Shown piece by piece: positions 9,683 through 19,852 of a DNA stretch of 64,000 nt (the first letter of the stretch is position 1; every line of letters starts with the position of its first letter). The position numbers and the translations under genes were made by a program. The DNA is from an uncultured Thermoplasmata archaeon (lineage in GTDB: Archaea; Thermoplasmatota; Thermoplasmata; Lutacidiplasmatales; UBA184): the NCBI GenBank assembly GCA_963749235.1, contig CAVVLV010000001.1, forward strand, positions 142,568-206,567. Reading direction: 5' to 3'. The notes under the pieces were generated by a model. The model ran no database searches. It was not told the origin of the DNA and saw only the letters and a program-made list of their open reading frames with translations.

Positions 9683-10451
9683 GCGGCCCGAGATCCGTAC
9701 CGTCCAACAGGTACGCGCGCGACACCCCTCGGGAGAGGAACCGTCCGTACAGGAAGGAGCGCCCCCGCGCGGGGCGTTGCCGGTTCAGGGCCTCGGTGCC
9801 GGCGAGCGGATTGAACGCGGGTAGGACGATGAGCTCGCGCGACCGGATCTCGTGCTTCCGCGGCCGTCGACCTCGACGCGGAGGCGGCGGCGGCAGCTCG
9901 AGTCGCACCCAGCAGCGCCGCTTGCCGGTCGGGTCGTCGGGGCTCGGGGCGAGCCGGAATCCCGGGTGCAGATGTCCCACGACCAGTGTGGGAGCTCGAA
10001 GGACCGCGGCGGAAGGCCAGGCGTGGCCGTGGAACACGCCGACGTCGTCGTACCTCCAACCGGACGCCGGCCGCACCACCACCTCCCGCGGCAGGTGGCG
10101 TTCCAGACCGACATCGTGGTTGCCGAGGACGACCTCGACGTTGAGGCCGCTCGCCAGCAGGAGGCGAAAGAACTCGAACACCACGGGCCTAAGCGGGGGC
10201 GACGTGCCGACGATCGGGTGCTTGATGTCCCCGGCGATCACGACGCGGTCGGCCGCTTCCGCGCGGACGGTCGAGAGCAACGACTCGGCAAGCCGAGGCC
10301 CCGACCCTTCGGGCGGACCGCCGGGGCGTTCCTTGGTCGCCCCGAGGCCGAGGTGGACGTCGGCGATCACGAGGGTGCGACCGACGCGGGGCGGGTCCGC
10401 CTCGATCAGCAGGGCCGGGGCGTCGGCCACCGGACGGAGTCGAGCGGGCAC
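9621..10451 (-). CDS. calcineurin-like metallophosphoesterase
   Basis: 276 aa with the motif series ADVHLG / GDIKH / GNHD / GHLH. Convergent 62-nt overlap with the preceding gene. Confidence 0.75.
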   Translation of the reverse strand: MPARLRPVADAPALLIEADPPRVGRTLVIADVHLGLGATKERPGGPPEGSGPRLAESLLSTVRAEAADRVVIAGDIKHPIVGTSPPLRPVVFEFFRLLLASGLNVEVVLGNHDVGLERHLPREVVVRPASGWRYDDVGVFHGHAWPSAAVLRAPTLVVGHLHPGFRLAPSPDDPTGKRRCWVRLELPPPPPRRGRRPRKHEIRSRELIVLPAFNPLAGTEALNRQRPARGRSFLYGRFLSRGVSRAYLLDGTDLGPLTLPVPQPRGRSVRATRPGS

Positions 10452-10535
10452 GACCGTCCGAGCCGGGTGCGGCCCAATAGCCTTCCGCTCGGCCGTCCGA
10501 ACCGAAGGGGGCGTCCGAGAGTAGCAACCCTACGT

Positions 10536-10545
10536 ATCTATATAC
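10536..10545 (+). promoter_or_regulatory. TATA-box-like element in divergent intergenic region
   Basis: ATCTATATAC lies about 37 nt upstream of ATG 10578, in an A/T-rich island within otherwise GC-rich DNA. Confidence 0.4.
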
Positions 10546-10577
10546 GAGCGATAACTGAAATCTAGGGGGCCTCGGGG

Positions 10578-11578
10578 ATGCCACGAGCTCGCGAGCGGCG
10601 GATCGAACGGCTCCAGGAGATCCTGGAGCGAGCCGGCTTCTACGTTGCCGACACCCACGGGGTGCGCCCTTCGAGCTTCGACCTTGCGGCCCGCCGGGAC
10701 GCGGCGCTCTTCCTCATCAAGGTACTCAAGAACATCGATGCGCTCGGGTCCGAGGAGGCCGCCCGCCTACTCGAGCTGGGCCGGCTCTTCCCGGCCACCG
10801 TACTCATCGTGGGCGAGGCCTCGGGGTCGGCCGAGCTCGACCCCGGGGTGGTCTACACTCGGTACGGGGTCCCCATCGTCACCGAGGAGACCCTCGGAGA
10901 GTACCTGGACAAGGGACTCCCGCCGTTCCTGTACGCGAGCCCGGGCGGGATCTTTGCCCGTATCTCGGGCGATCGACTCCGGGAGCTCCGCAACCAGCGT
11001 GGGCTCTCGCTCGGCACGCTGGCCGGGATCGCGGGCGTGTCGCGGAGGGCGATCCAGCTCTACGAGGAGGGCGCCGGCGCCGAGATCACGATCGTGGAGC
11101 GGATGGAGGCCTTCCTCGGCGAGCCCCTCGTCGCCCCCATCACCATCTTTGAGATCCCCCGTGCGATCCCGAGGACTCCGGCCGGAAGACCGACGAGGCG
11201 GCGACCCCCGAGCGGGGCCGCTCGACGACCGAGCATCCTCCTTCCCATACCGGCGACCCGTTGCGGGACGGCGTGCTCGATGAGCTCAATGAGATGGGCC
11301 TCGAGGTGACGGTGACCGTGCGCGCCCCGTTCGACGCGTTCGCGCGCGCTCCCGAGATCCTCCTGACGGGCGTCGGCAGCCTGCGGACGGCACTCCATCG
11401 CGCGGAGATCCTCGCGGGGCTCGCCCGGGTCGCGGAGGGGCACGCGATGTTCATCGTGGCCGAGTCGATCCACCGCCCTTCGATCGGAGGGGTTCCCATC
11501 CTGAACGTCCGCGAGCTGCGTCGCCATCGGGACCCGGACGAGCTCATGGGCGAACTCACGGAGCGCGAAGGGCCGTGA
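10578..11578 (+). pseudogene. archaeal putative HTH-type (XRE/cro-like) transcriptional regulator, split by a 1-nt deletion-type frameshift
   Basis: N-part 10578.. reads RIERLQEILERAGFYV...FDLAARRD...LIKVLKNID...LRELRNQRGLSLGTLAGIAGVSRRAIQLYEEG (HTH). The C-part continues in the -1 frame, open from 11153: ...DPLRDGVLDELNEMGLEVTVTVRAPFDAFAR..ILLTGV..HAMFIVAES to the stop at 11578. The span is 1001 nt (3n+2). The C5 run at 11156-11160 is a candidate site. Confidence 0.75.
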
Positions 11579-12222
11579 TCAGCGCCCGCCTGGGCGGCGC
11601 CGGCGACCTGCATCTCTTCGCCCCTGTGCGGGGGCTCGCGTCGGAAGTGCCGCTGTTGCTGGCGGCTCTCGAGGCCGCGCCCCCCTCGGTGGTCGGGCTC
11701 GGGATCTCCCCGGACGAGTTGCGGGGCCTCTTGGATTACTTCGTGAACGCGACGGCGGAGCCGGTCGTGCCGCTCACAACGGCCGAGCGGAGCGAGGTCC
11801 GCGGGCTCGTCCGGTTCGGCGAGGTCCGCGTCCCGAACCCGGCGTTCGTCGAGCTCCTCCGCTGGGCCCGGGAGATCCCGGTCGAAGCGCTCGACCCCAC
11901 GGAGGACCGGACCGCGAACCTGTTCGCGGACCACATCGGCTATGTCGAGCTCGTGCGCCGGACCGTCCGCGAGCGGCGGGTCTCGCGGACCCCGCCCGCG
12001 CCGCCGTCGCCCGATGAGTACGCGCTCGCGTGGGACCGCACGGTCGCCGGAGGGCGGGGCTCCCGGAATTTTGCCACCGCCCGCGACCGACATCTGGTCC
12101 GCGCGGCGCTCCTCCTCGCGAATCGTCACGCACGCGTCGCGGTCGTCGTGGACCGGGAGCGGTTCGAGAGCGTGAAGACCCTGTTCGCCGCACCGGACCC
12201 GGGCCGTCTCGACCCGGACTAG
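11575..12222 (+). CDS. conserved hypothetical protein (weak TraB/PrgY-like resemblance)
   Basis: 215 aa. Its GTG overlaps the upstream stop (GTGA). GC3-rich codons support coding; the functional call is weak. Confidence 0.5.
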   Translation: MISARLGGAGDLHLFAPVRGLASEVPLLLAALEAAPPSVVGLGISPDELRGLLDYFVNATAEPVVPLTTAERSEVRGLVRFGEVRVPNPAFVELLRWAREIPVEALDPTEDRTANLFADHIGYVELVRRTVRERRVSRTPPAPPSPDEYALAWDRTVAGGRGSRNFATARDRHLVRAALLLANRHARVAVVVDRERFESVKTLFAAPDPGRLDPD

Positions 12223-12776
12223 AGCCGACTGGATTCGTCCTTCGTGGCGAGGATCCGCTCGAGCTCGGCCCGCGCGGTCCGGCGGAACCCGTCCAAGGGT
12301 CCCTCGTTGATCAGCATGCCGTCCGCGAGGGCGAACGCATTGCCGATCCCCCACTTCAGCTCCCGGCGGTCGCGGTCGAAGAAGTCCTGGAGCGTGCCGC
12401 CGTCGTCTCCGCGGGCCCGCGCGCTCATCCGGTCGTAGCGGGTCTCGGGGGAGGCGAAGATCCCGAGAACGAACAGGTCGCCGAAATTGTGGCGGAAGAC
12501 CGTCACTTCGGTGTCGGAGCGGCAGCCGTCCACCAGCATTCGGGTCTCCGTGAGCTTCGGCAGGGCGCGCTGCGCCCAGACGCCGCCCCCGTGCTTGTCG
12601 CGTTCCTCGGAGGCGATCCGTCCGACGTTCGCGCTCGTGAGCGGAAGCCCCCGGCGCCGGGTCTCGTCGCGCACGAGGTCGCCCATCTTCAAAGTCGCGA
12701 GGCCGATCGAGCGGGCGATCTCGAGGAGCTCGTCCTTGCCGGAGCCGGGCATGCCGACCGTGACGATGAGCTTCAT
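12219..12776 (-). CDS. P-loop nucleotide-kinase-like protein (archaeal UPF0200 / dephospho-CoA-kinase-like family)
   Basis: 185 aa from ATG 12776: MKLIVTVGMPGSGKDELLEIAR... The remainder of track ORF 12219..13328 is read-through. Confidence 0.75.
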   Translation of the reverse strand: MKLIVTVGMPGSGKDELLEIARSIGLATLKMGDLVRDETRRRGLPLTSANVGRIASEERDKHGGGVWAQRALPKLTETRMLVDGCRSDTEVTVFRHNFGDLFVLGIFASPETRYDRMSARARGDDGGTLQDFFDRDRRELKWGIGNAFALADGMLINEGPLDGFRRTARAELERILATKDESSRL

Positions 12777-13474
12777 GGCGGGGACGTCGGTTCGTCCGGT
12801 GCGCCCTTCGAGGCCGGGGCACTCTGGGTCAGGTGGGCGGCCACATCGCCCTCCGACACCAGTTGCAGCCGGTCGGCGCGCTGTCGGAACGAGGCCGCCT
12901 CCTGTTCTTCGAGCCGGGAGACCTCCGTGTACCGGTCGACCTTCACCTTGAGCTCCGCGGTCTTCTGGGTCTTCTGAGCCGCCCGCAGCTCCAAGTGTCG
13001 GGCCTTCTGCTGCTTGTCGACGACCTTCTGCTGGAGTTTCCGGACGCGATAGTGAAGGCTGGTGACGTCGCTCGTGACCGCGACGCCGACCTTGCCACCG
13101 GTCGCCGCGGCGATGTCCCGCTCGTGCTGGACCCGCTGCTGGTCGATCTCGGGGATCTCGGCGAGCACCTTCTGGGCTTTTTCCCGAAGGAGCGTCGCTT
13201 GGTGTCGGAGCTTCTCGATCCGGGTGTTGAGCCGGGCCACGCGTTGCTGGGCCCGCACCGCGGCCCGGTCGTGCCGGGCGGCGTGTTCGCGAAGTTTCGT
13301 GATATCCGCGTACTGCTGACCCATCCAACGGGAGCGACGCGCGGCAAGGGGCGTCGCGGGCCCCGTGGTCTCGGGAGGGGTACCGCCGCCGGCCGTCATC
13401 GAAACGGTGGCACCGAACCTCGCGATATAGCCGTTGTCGTCGGCCGGAAACAGGGGGTCGGTGGGCCTAGGCAC
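12773..13474 (-). CDS. coiled-coil protein of unknown function
   Basis: 233 aa with a long heptad-like, K/Q/R/E-rich segment (KLREHAARHDRAAVRAQQRVARLNTRIEKLRHQATLLREKAQKVL...). The stop overlaps the downstream ATG (ATGA). The start is uncertain: GTG 13474, ATG 13399 or 13324. Confidence 0.55.
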   Translation of the reverse strand: MPRPTDPLFPADDNGYIARFGATVSMTAGGGTPPETTGPATPLAARRSRWMGQQYADITKLREHAARHDRAAVRAQQRVARLNTRIEKLRHQATLLREKAQKVLAEIPEIDQQRVQHERDIAAATGGKVGVAVTSDVTSLHYRVRKLQQKVVDKQQKARHLELRAAQKTQKTAELKVKVDRYTEVSRLEEQEAASFRQRADRLQLVSEGDVAAHLTQSAPASKGAPDEPTSPP

Positions 13475-14972
13475 GGCGGGGGCGGGGCGGACGGAGGAAC
13501 GGCAGGAGTCGCCCCGGTAGTTCCGCCGCGGGCACTCGTTCCTGGGAGCGCGAATTCCGCTGGCGGAGCGTGACCGTTCCCCGGGTGGGTCCGTCGCTGA
13601 CCGTCTCGCCGTCGACCGTCACGCAGAACGGGGCCCCGGCCTCGTCCATGCGGGCGTACCGCTTGCCGATCGAGCTCGCCCCGTCGTAGACGGCCGGGAT
13701 CCCCGAGGAAGCGAGCTCATCGACGAGGCCGAGCGCGAACTCGGCGTGCTCCTTGTCGATCAACGGGAAGACCCCTACGCCCACCGGAGCCAGGTACGGG
13801 GCCAGCTTCCAGAGCGTCCGCTCCCCTTCCTTCGTGAGATGGACGTCCGCGAGAGCCCATAAGTTGCGGTCGACTCCGAACGTCAGCTCGAGCACGTGAG
13901 GGAGGAGGGCGTCGCGGCCGGTGGGGTGGACCGAGAGGTCCTTGCCGGAACCCTGGGAGTGCCGGGTGAGGTCGTAGTTCCCGCGATAGTGGACCGCGCC
14001 GAGCTCCTTGTAGCCGCCCAGGCTCTCCAAGCGCACCTCGACATCGAACTGGATCTTGTTGTAGAACGCCCGCTCGGTGTCGGACTTCTCGAAGAGCCGG
14101 ATCCGGTCGGCCGGATAGCCGAGCACGTCCCGGTAGAATCGGAGAGTGTGGGCGAGGTGATAGACGTAGAACTCGGGCAGTGACCCCGACTCGACCAGCG
14201 CCCCGGCTCGGACGAGCTCGGGGGTCTCCTCGCCGGCCGTCCGTCGCGGCACCCGGAGCATCGGCAGGAGATCCTCCCGGACCTGGTCGAAGGGCACGGC
14301 GAACCCCGCCGGGTCGAAGAAGATCTGGAGCTCGGCCTGGGTGAAGGCCCGCATCCGGAACAGGGCCTGCCGAGGGGCGATCTCGTTCCGGTACGCCTTC
14401 CCGATGATGGCGATACCGAGGGGTAGAGCGTGGCGTCCGACGTCCCACATGCGGGCGAACGAGAGGTAACTGCCCTGGGCGGTCTCGGGGCGAAGATAGG
14501 CCCGCTCCTTGCCCGTCACGCCGAAGTCTACCCCGAACATCATGTTGAACGGCCGGGGCACGCTGAGCGAGGTCGAGCCGCACGACGGGCACCGAGCCCC
14601 CGCGGTCTGGATGATCGCGGCGATCTGGACCGGGGTGAGCCCGTCCACGCCCTCGGGCCGGACCTTTTCCAGTACCGTGTCGGCCCGCGCGACGGCATGG
14701 CAGGATTCGCACGTCACTTCCGGGTCCGTGAAGTTCTCCAAGTGGCCGGACGCCCGGACGACCGCCTCGGGGAGGATCTCGGCGGCGTCGATGAGGTGGT
14801 AGTCGTGGGAGAGTCCCACGAACCATGCGCTCCACGCGTCCTCGACCCGACGTTTCAGTGCCGTTCCGAGGGGACCATAGTCGTAGAGTCCCTGCGCCCC
14901 GCCGTAGATCTCCGCCGAGGGCCAGAGGACGCCACGTCGGCGCAGCAATGCGAACAGCTCGTCGCTCTTCAT
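13467..14972 (-). CDS. glyS: glycine--tRNA ligase (archaeal/eukaryal type)
   Basis: 501 aa from ATG 14972: MKSDELFALLRRRGVLWPSAEIYGG..GLYDYGPLG...YLRPETAQG...FRNEIAPR. The upstream part of the 1040 aa track ORF is read-through. Confidence 0.9.
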   Translation of the reverse strand: MKSDELFALLRRRGVLWPSAEIYGGAQGLYDYGPLGTALKRRVEDAWSAWFVGLSHDYHLIDAAEILPEAVVRASGHLENFTDPEVTCESCHAVARADTVLEKVRPEGVDGLTPVQIAAIIQTAGARCPSCGSTSLSVPRPFNMMFGVDFGVTGKERAYLRPETAQGSYLSFARMWDVGRHALPLGIAIIGKAYRNEIAPRQALFRMRAFTQAELQIFFDPAGFAVPFDQVREDLLPMLRVPRRTAGEETPELVRAGALVESGSLPEFYVYHLAHTLRFYRDVLGYPADRIRLFEKSDTERAFYNKIQFDVEVRLESLGGYKELGAVHYRGNYDLTRHSQGSGKDLSVHPTGRDALLPHVLELTFGVDRNLWALADVHLTKEGERTLWKLAPYLAPVGVGVFPLIDKEHAEFALGLVDELASSGIPAVYDGASSIGKRYARMDEAGAPFCVTVDGETVSDGPTRGTVTLRQRNSRSQERVPAAELPGRLLPFLRPPRPRRA

Positions 14973-16060
14973 CGGGGGAGGGCCGTCGTCGGAGTGCGGG
15001 CCGGACGGACGATAAGTTGTTCGGTGGCGCGGGTGACGACCTGGTAGGCCGGGTCGTCCGGCGGCAGCCGGACCACGAGCGGGTGGGCCGGAGAACCCAC
15101 CGCGATGGAGGCGGCTTCGGGCATCCCCAGCCAGCGGTACGGCTCGACCAGGGCGGCCTCGGCGAGGTACGCCGCGGAAACGGGTCGGCCCCGGAGCCGG
15201 GTCGCGACGTAGGCGAACTGGAGCTCGCTCCACAAGGAGGGAGCGTGGAACATCGCATTGTCCGTGCCGAGGAGGAGCGAGATCCCCGCGCGCTCCATCG
15301 CCGCGAGATCCGGCTGCCGTCCGAAGAGCGCGTTCGAACGCGGGCATACCGCGACCGACACGCGGGCCTCGGCGACGGTGTGGAGATCCTCCTCCGTCGC
15401 CTTCGCGAGGTGAACGAGCAGGTCGGGCTTCGGGTCGAGGAACGTCTCGGGCCGTTCCCGGACCGCCTCGCTCGCATGAAGGGCGAATCGCTTGTGGGCC
15501 GACCGGCAGGCACGGGCGACCAGCCGGCGCGTGGTCTCGGTCTCGTCCCGAGCGCTCGAAAGCCCGATTCCGTCCGCCTCGGCCAGGAGGTTGCGAAGCT
15601 CGGGCGGCTCGATGGGTCGCTCCAGGGGACGTCCGAGGACCAGCACCCGGATGGGTACGCCTCGGGCCGCGCGACGCAGGAGTCGGACGCCCTCGATCCC
15701 CTCCTCCCGGAAGTCCACGGCGACCTCGGTCCCCTCCCGGGCCATTCGCCACAGGGCGTCCCGCATGGCGCGGATCTTCTCCGCGGGGCGGCTCGCGGCC
15801 AGGACACTGAACTTGTAGCCATCTGGGGTGGCCACGAGATCCTCGACCGGTCCGGAGGGAGGCTCGCGGACCGATACGGCGTCGCCCAGGTGAGTGTGGG
15901 CGTTGATAGGGGCCGGAATAACGATCCCCCGGACCCGACGCTCGCCCGGGCGGGGCCGTAGGGTTCCGCGCCGCCCGACTTCCACGACCCGGCCTTCCCG
16001 AAGTCGTACGCCCGCGGGCCGGGCCCCGTCGCGGTCCAGGATCGCCCCGTCCACCAGCAT
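14969..16060 (-). CDS. amidohydrolase-superfamily protein (chlorohydrolase/deaminase-like)
   Basis: PAPINAHTHLGD metal-binding motif, then ...FALHASE...LLLGTDN. The start is taken at MLVDGAIL (16060) although the ORF is open to 16159. The stop overlaps the glyS ATG. Confidence 0.75.
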   Translation of the reverse strand: MLVDGAILDRDGARPAGVRLREGRVVEVGRRGTLRPRPGERRVRGIVIPAPINAHTHLGDAVSVREPPSGPVEDLVATPDGYKFSVLAASRPAEKIRAMRDALWRMAREGTEVAVDFREEGIEGVRLLRRAARGVPIRVLVLGRPLERPIEPPELRNLLAEADGIGLSSARDETETTRRLVARACRSAHKRFALHASEAVRERPETFLDPKPDLLVHLAKATEEDLHTVAEARVSVAVCPRSNALFGRQPDLAAMERAGISLLLGTDNAMFHAPSLWSELQFAYVATRLRGRPVSAAYLAEAALVEPYRWLGMPEAASIAVGSPAHPLVVRLPPDDPAYQVVTRATEQLIVRPARTPTTALPR

Positions 16061-16122
16061 CGCAGCCGACGCCGGAGGGCCGGCGCCGTTTAAGGGCGAG
16101 CCCGCGTGCCGTTCGAAGCGGT

Positions 16123-17034
16123 ATGCGCGCGACGACGAGCCCCGGGAAGGTCCCACCACGGGATGCGGCCACCGACCGCCCCCGGGACCTCCTCGTGGCC
16201 GGCCACATCAATGTCGACCGGTTCCTCCGCGTACCCGAGTTTCCGGAACCGGACCGGACGGAACCGATCCTCGCGGCCCGCTCCGAATTGGGCGGGACGG
16301 CGGCCAACATCGCCCTCACCGCATCTCGGTATGGCGTCGCGTGCGGTCTGGTCGCCCGGGTCGGGGACGGGTTCACGACGGCGCTGGAGGCGCCGCTGCG
16401 CCGGGCGGCGATCGATCTCCGCGGGGTCGTGCACACGCCCGGCCGAGGGACCCCGACCTGCTTCATCGTCGAGGATTCGCGCGGCAGCCAACGCACCCTG
16501 ATCGACCAGGGTCCGATGGGAGACCGTCCGGTCCTTCCGTTCCGGGTACCTGCGAGCATGGACGAGTACTCCTGGCTGCATGTGACCACGGGTCCGCCGT
16601 TGGTCCACCTACGCCTGGTCGACGCGGCCCGGGCCCGGGGCCTCCGCGTAGCTGCCGACCCAGCCCAGGAGATCCACTACCGTTGGAACGCGGTCCTCTT
16701 GCGGCGCCTCCTCGCTCGGTCCGAGGTCTTCTTCGGCAACCGGGCCGAAGTGGATCGCGCCCTCGAGCTCCTCCATCTCGCCACCCCCTCCGCCCTGCTC
16801 GAGCTCGTTCCCCTCGTGATCCGGACGGAGGGCGCGAAGGGCGTGACCGCGTTCTCGCGGCGGGGCACCGTGCGCGTGGCCGCCCGCCGCCCGAAGCGGA
16901 GACGCACCATCGTGGGGGCGGGGGACGCGTTCCGAGGCGGGTTCTACGCCGGATGGTTCGAAGGCGCGCCGCTGGTCGGATGTCTCGAAGCGGGGACGCG
17001 GGCCGCGGCCCGATGGATCGAGGGAGCTCGCTAG
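16123..17034 (+). CDS. PfkB-family carbohydrate/nucleoside kinase
   Basis: 303 aa with LGGTAANIA near the N-terminus and the TIVGAGDAFRGGF C-terminal PfkB signature. Confidence 0.8.
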   Translation: MRATTSPGKVPPRDAATDRPRDLLVAGHINVDRFLRVPEFPEPDRTEPILAARSELGGTAANIALTASRYGVACGLVARVGDGFTTALEAPLRRAAIDLRGVVHTPGRGTPTCFIVEDSRGSQRTLIDQGPMGDRPVLPFRVPASMDEYSWLHVTTGPPLVHLRLVDAARARGLRVAADPAQEIHYRWNAVLLRRLLARSEVFFGNRAEVDRALELLHLATPSALLELVPLVIRTEGAKGVTAFSRRGTVRVAARRPKRRRTIVGAGDAFRGGFYAGWFEGAPLVGCLEAGTRAAARWIEGAR

Positions 17035-17048
17035 GGGGAACCTCGACC

Positions 17049-18311
17049 ATGGAGATGCACGCGTTCGGCCGATTGCTCCCGATGTGGGTGGCCCAACGTC
17101 GATTGCTTGGGGCCGTCCGGCCGATCTCCCGGATCGAACCCGTCCGCGTCACCGACGGCTTCGGTCGGATCGCCGCCCGCTCCGTCACGGCCCCCCGGCC
17201 CGTGCCGTCGTTCGCCCGGGCGACCTGGGACGGATATGCGGTCCGCAGTTTGGACACCCGGACCGCGCGGGCCTCCCGCCCCATCCGGCTGCGGGTGGTC
17301 GGGGACGTTTTCGCCGAAGGGCGATTCTCCCGGCGTCTTGCGCCCGGGGAGTCCGTCGCGATCGCGACCGGGGGCGCGATGCCCCGCGGAGCCGACGGGG
17401 TGGTCATTTTCGAGGACGTCGAACGCGAGGGCGCGTGGGTCTCCGTGCCGCACCCCGTGGGACGCGGGGACCGCACCGCCCCCGCCGGGGACGACTTTCC
17501 TCGCGGCACGACCCTGGTCAGTCCGGGGGAAGAACTCACCCCTTCCGCGCTCGGCGCCCTCGCCGCGTGCGGGTTTGCAACCGTACCGTGCTTCGCGCGG
17601 CCCGTGGTCTCCATCGTCCCGAACGGCAACGAGCTGATCCTACCGGGTCGATCGGCACGTCCGGGCGCGATCTACGAGAGCAACAACGTGAGCCTCTCGG
17701 CGATCATCACCGCGGCCGGAGGGGTCCCGCGCCCCTTTCCGCCCGTCCCGGACGATCCCCGCCAGATCGAAGCGACCCTCCGCCGGGCGCTTGCGACCTC
17801 GGATCTGGTCCTCGCCACGGGGGGCAGCTCCGTCGGGGAGCGCGACCTCCTGCCGCGGGTCCTCCCCCGGATAGGTCGCCTCCTCTTCCACGGGATCGCG
17901 GTCCGACCCGGGAAACCTACTCTCGCTGCCCTCGCCCGGGGGAAGCTCATCGTGGGGCTCCCCGGTCATCCGTCGTCGTGCCTGGCGAACAGCTATTGGC
18001 TCGTCCTCCCCCTTCTACAGAAGCTCGCTCGGCGCCCCGGTCCCGCCTGGAACGACGCCACCGTTCGCCTCGGGCGGGGGGTCCTGGCTCCCACGCCCGG
18101 GCTGGCGACGGTCGTGCCGCTCACCTTACGGAACGGCCGGGCGTACTCGACCTTCCACGGTTCGTCCTCAATCAGCAGCATGTCCCAGGCGAAGGGGTTC
18201 GTCGTCCTCGCCCCGGGACGGAACCGTCTTCGAGCCGGCGCGCGCCTCCGGGTCCACTGGCTTCGTTCCCCGCTCGGACCGGACGGCGAACCGACGGCCG
18301 GGAACCGTTAA
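17049..18311 (+). CDS. moeA: molybdopterin molybdenumtransferase MoeA
   Basis: 420 aa from ATG 17049 with ...WDGYAV...ATGGAMP.GAD...LVLATGGSSVGERD...FHGIAVRPGKP. The 805 aa track ORF is an upstream read-through. Confidence 0.85.
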   Translation: MEMHAFGRLLPMWVAQRRLLGAVRPISRIEPVRVTDGFGRIAARSVTAPRPVPSFARATWDGYAVRSLDTRTARASRPIRLRVVGDVFAEGRFSRRLAPGESVAIATGGAMPRGADGVVIFEDVEREGAWVSVPHPVGRGDRTAPAGDDFPRGTTLVSPGEELTPSALGALAACGFATVPCFARPVVSIVPNGNELILPGRSARPGAIYESNNVSLSAIITAAGGVPRPFPPVPDDPRQIEATLRRALATSDLVLATGGSSVGERDLLPRVLPRIGRLLFHGIAVRPGKPTLAALARGKLIVGLPGHPSSCLANSYWLVLPLLQKLARRPGPAWNDATVRLGRGVLAPTPGLATVVPLTLRNGRAYSTFHGSSSISSMSQAKGFVVLAPGRNRLRAGARLRVHWLRSPLGPDGEPTAGNR

Positions 18312-18334
18312 GGGTCCCGGCCCCCCTTCCGGCC

Positions 18335-19165
18335 GTGGCCCGGCGGGACCTCCGCATCGCGATCCTTTCCATCGAGGGTACGAACTGCGACCGGGAGCTA
18401 CAGGTCGCTCTCGAGCACTTGGGTGCCCGAGCGGAGGTCGTCCATCTGAAGCAGCTGGAAGGACGGGACGTCACGACCTCCGAGCGACGTCGTCTTTCCG
18501 ACTACGCCGCCCTCTTCCTCCCGGGGGGGTTCTCGGCGGGGGACTATGTCCGTGCGGGGGCCATCTTCGCGGCCCGCGTCCGGGCCGCGATCGGTCCCGA
18601 GCTCGAGGAGTTCGTGCGCGACGGGCGGATCGTCGCCGGGATCTGCAACGGCTTCCAGGTGGTCACGGAGCTCGGCCTCCTTCCCGGGCGGCGGGGCGGG
18701 CGGCTCGGTCGACCCGAGGCGGCCCTCATGACCAACGATTCCGGGCACTTCGAGTGCCGACCGACCTTCGTCGCCTGGGAAGGCGGCGCCTTCGGACCGC
18801 TCGCCGAGCTTCCCCGCGGCACCCGGTTCCTCTTCCCGTCGGCACACGGGGAGGGCAAGCTCGTCCTCGCGGGAGACGGGCCGACCCGCCTCCGGGAGCT
18901 GGCGAGCGCGGGGCAGATCCTCTTCCGCTGGGTCGCCCCGGACGGGAGCCCGCCGACCTATCCGTGGAATCCGAACGGCTCCGAGGGGAACGTGGCGGGA
19001 TTGACGAACCCGGAAGGGAACGTCTTCGGACTCATGCCGCATCCCGAGCGGTCGTTCTTCCGGGCGCAGGCTCCCGACTGGACCCGGACGGGTGGTCCCG
19101 AGGGATACGGGGACGGGCGGGTCTTCTTGGGAGCGGTCGTCGACTACGCGGAGCGCCGCGGTTAG
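18335..19165 (+). CDS. purQ: phosphoribosylformylglycinamidine synthase subunit PurQ (glutaminase)
   Basis: GTG 18335 gives (M)ARRDLRIAILSIEGTNCDREL...PGGFSAGDY...GICNGFQ...LMPHPER. Confidence 0.9.
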   Translation: MARRDLRIAILSIEGTNCDRELQVALEHLGARAEVVHLKQLEGRDVTTSERRRLSDYAALFLPGGFSAGDYVRAGAIFAARVRAAIGPELEEFVRDGRIVAGICNGFQVVTELGLLPGRRGGRLGRPEAALMTNDSGHFECRPTFVAWEGGAFGPLAELPRGTRFLFPSAHGEGKLVLAGDGPTRLRELASAGQILFRWVAPDGSPPTYPWNPNGSEGNVAGLTNPEGNVFGLMPHPERSFFRAQAPDWTRTGGPEGYGDGRVFLGAVVDYAERRG

Positions 19166-19800
19166 GTCGCCCCCGGCCGGGCCGGGACCAGTCGCCAGAC
19201 TTCGAGCCGCTCGCCCTCGAGCGGTCGCTGCGCCACCCGGTCGGCCGTTCCTCCGCCGGCGCGCCATCCCACCCATATCTCGGCGAGGGCCGAACTCGAT
19301 TGGACCGTCGAGGCGAGGAGGAACGCCTTCCCTCGGAGGGTCAGGTGCTCGGGGAGCTCCTCGACCCATCGCGCGGCGACCCGGCATCCGTCCGGCCCGC
19401 CGTCCAGTGCGAGGTTGTGCCAGCGATCCGGATCCCTCTCCGCCGGAGCGGTGGGCAGGTACGGGGGATTGAACACGACCCGATCGAACCGACCGAGGCC
19501 CCGGGCGAGGTCGGTCCGCACGGCCTCGATCGACCACCCTTCCGCCCGAGCGCGGCGGGCGAGGTGGCGGAGCGCGTAGGGATTGCGGTCGGTGGCGACC
19601 ACGCGCGCCCCGTGACGGGCGGCTTCGAGGGCCAGGGTCCCGGAGCCGGTCCCGACCTCGAGGAACGAGGTCCCCTTCGGGACACGGGCGTACGGCAGCA
19701 ACAGGAACGTGTCCTCGCGGGCGGGGTAGACCGGACCTCCCGATTCCTCGAGCAAGTCGGGGAAGATGGGCGCAGTGCGAGCGTGAGGCACGGGCGGCAT
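19162..19800 (-). CDS. HemK/Mtq2-type N5-glutamine methyltransferase
   Basis: 212 aa with SAM-binding LEVGTGSGTLAL and the NPPY motif (VVFNPPYLP). Confidence 0.8.
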   Translation of the reverse strand: MPPVPHARTAPIFPDLLEESGGPVYPAREDTFLLLPYARVPKGTSFLEVGTGSGTLALEAARHGARVVATDRNPYALRHLARRARAEGWSIEAVRTDLARGLGRFDRVVFNPPYLPTAPAERDPDRWHNLALDGGPDGCRVAARWVEELPEHLTLRGKAFLLASTVQSSSALAEIWVGWRAGGGTADRVAQRPLEGERLEVWRLVPARPGAT

Positions 19801-19852
19801 GCTCTCTTATTCGCTCGCGCCCTAGATGAACTCGTTCCCGGAGTTCTTCTGC

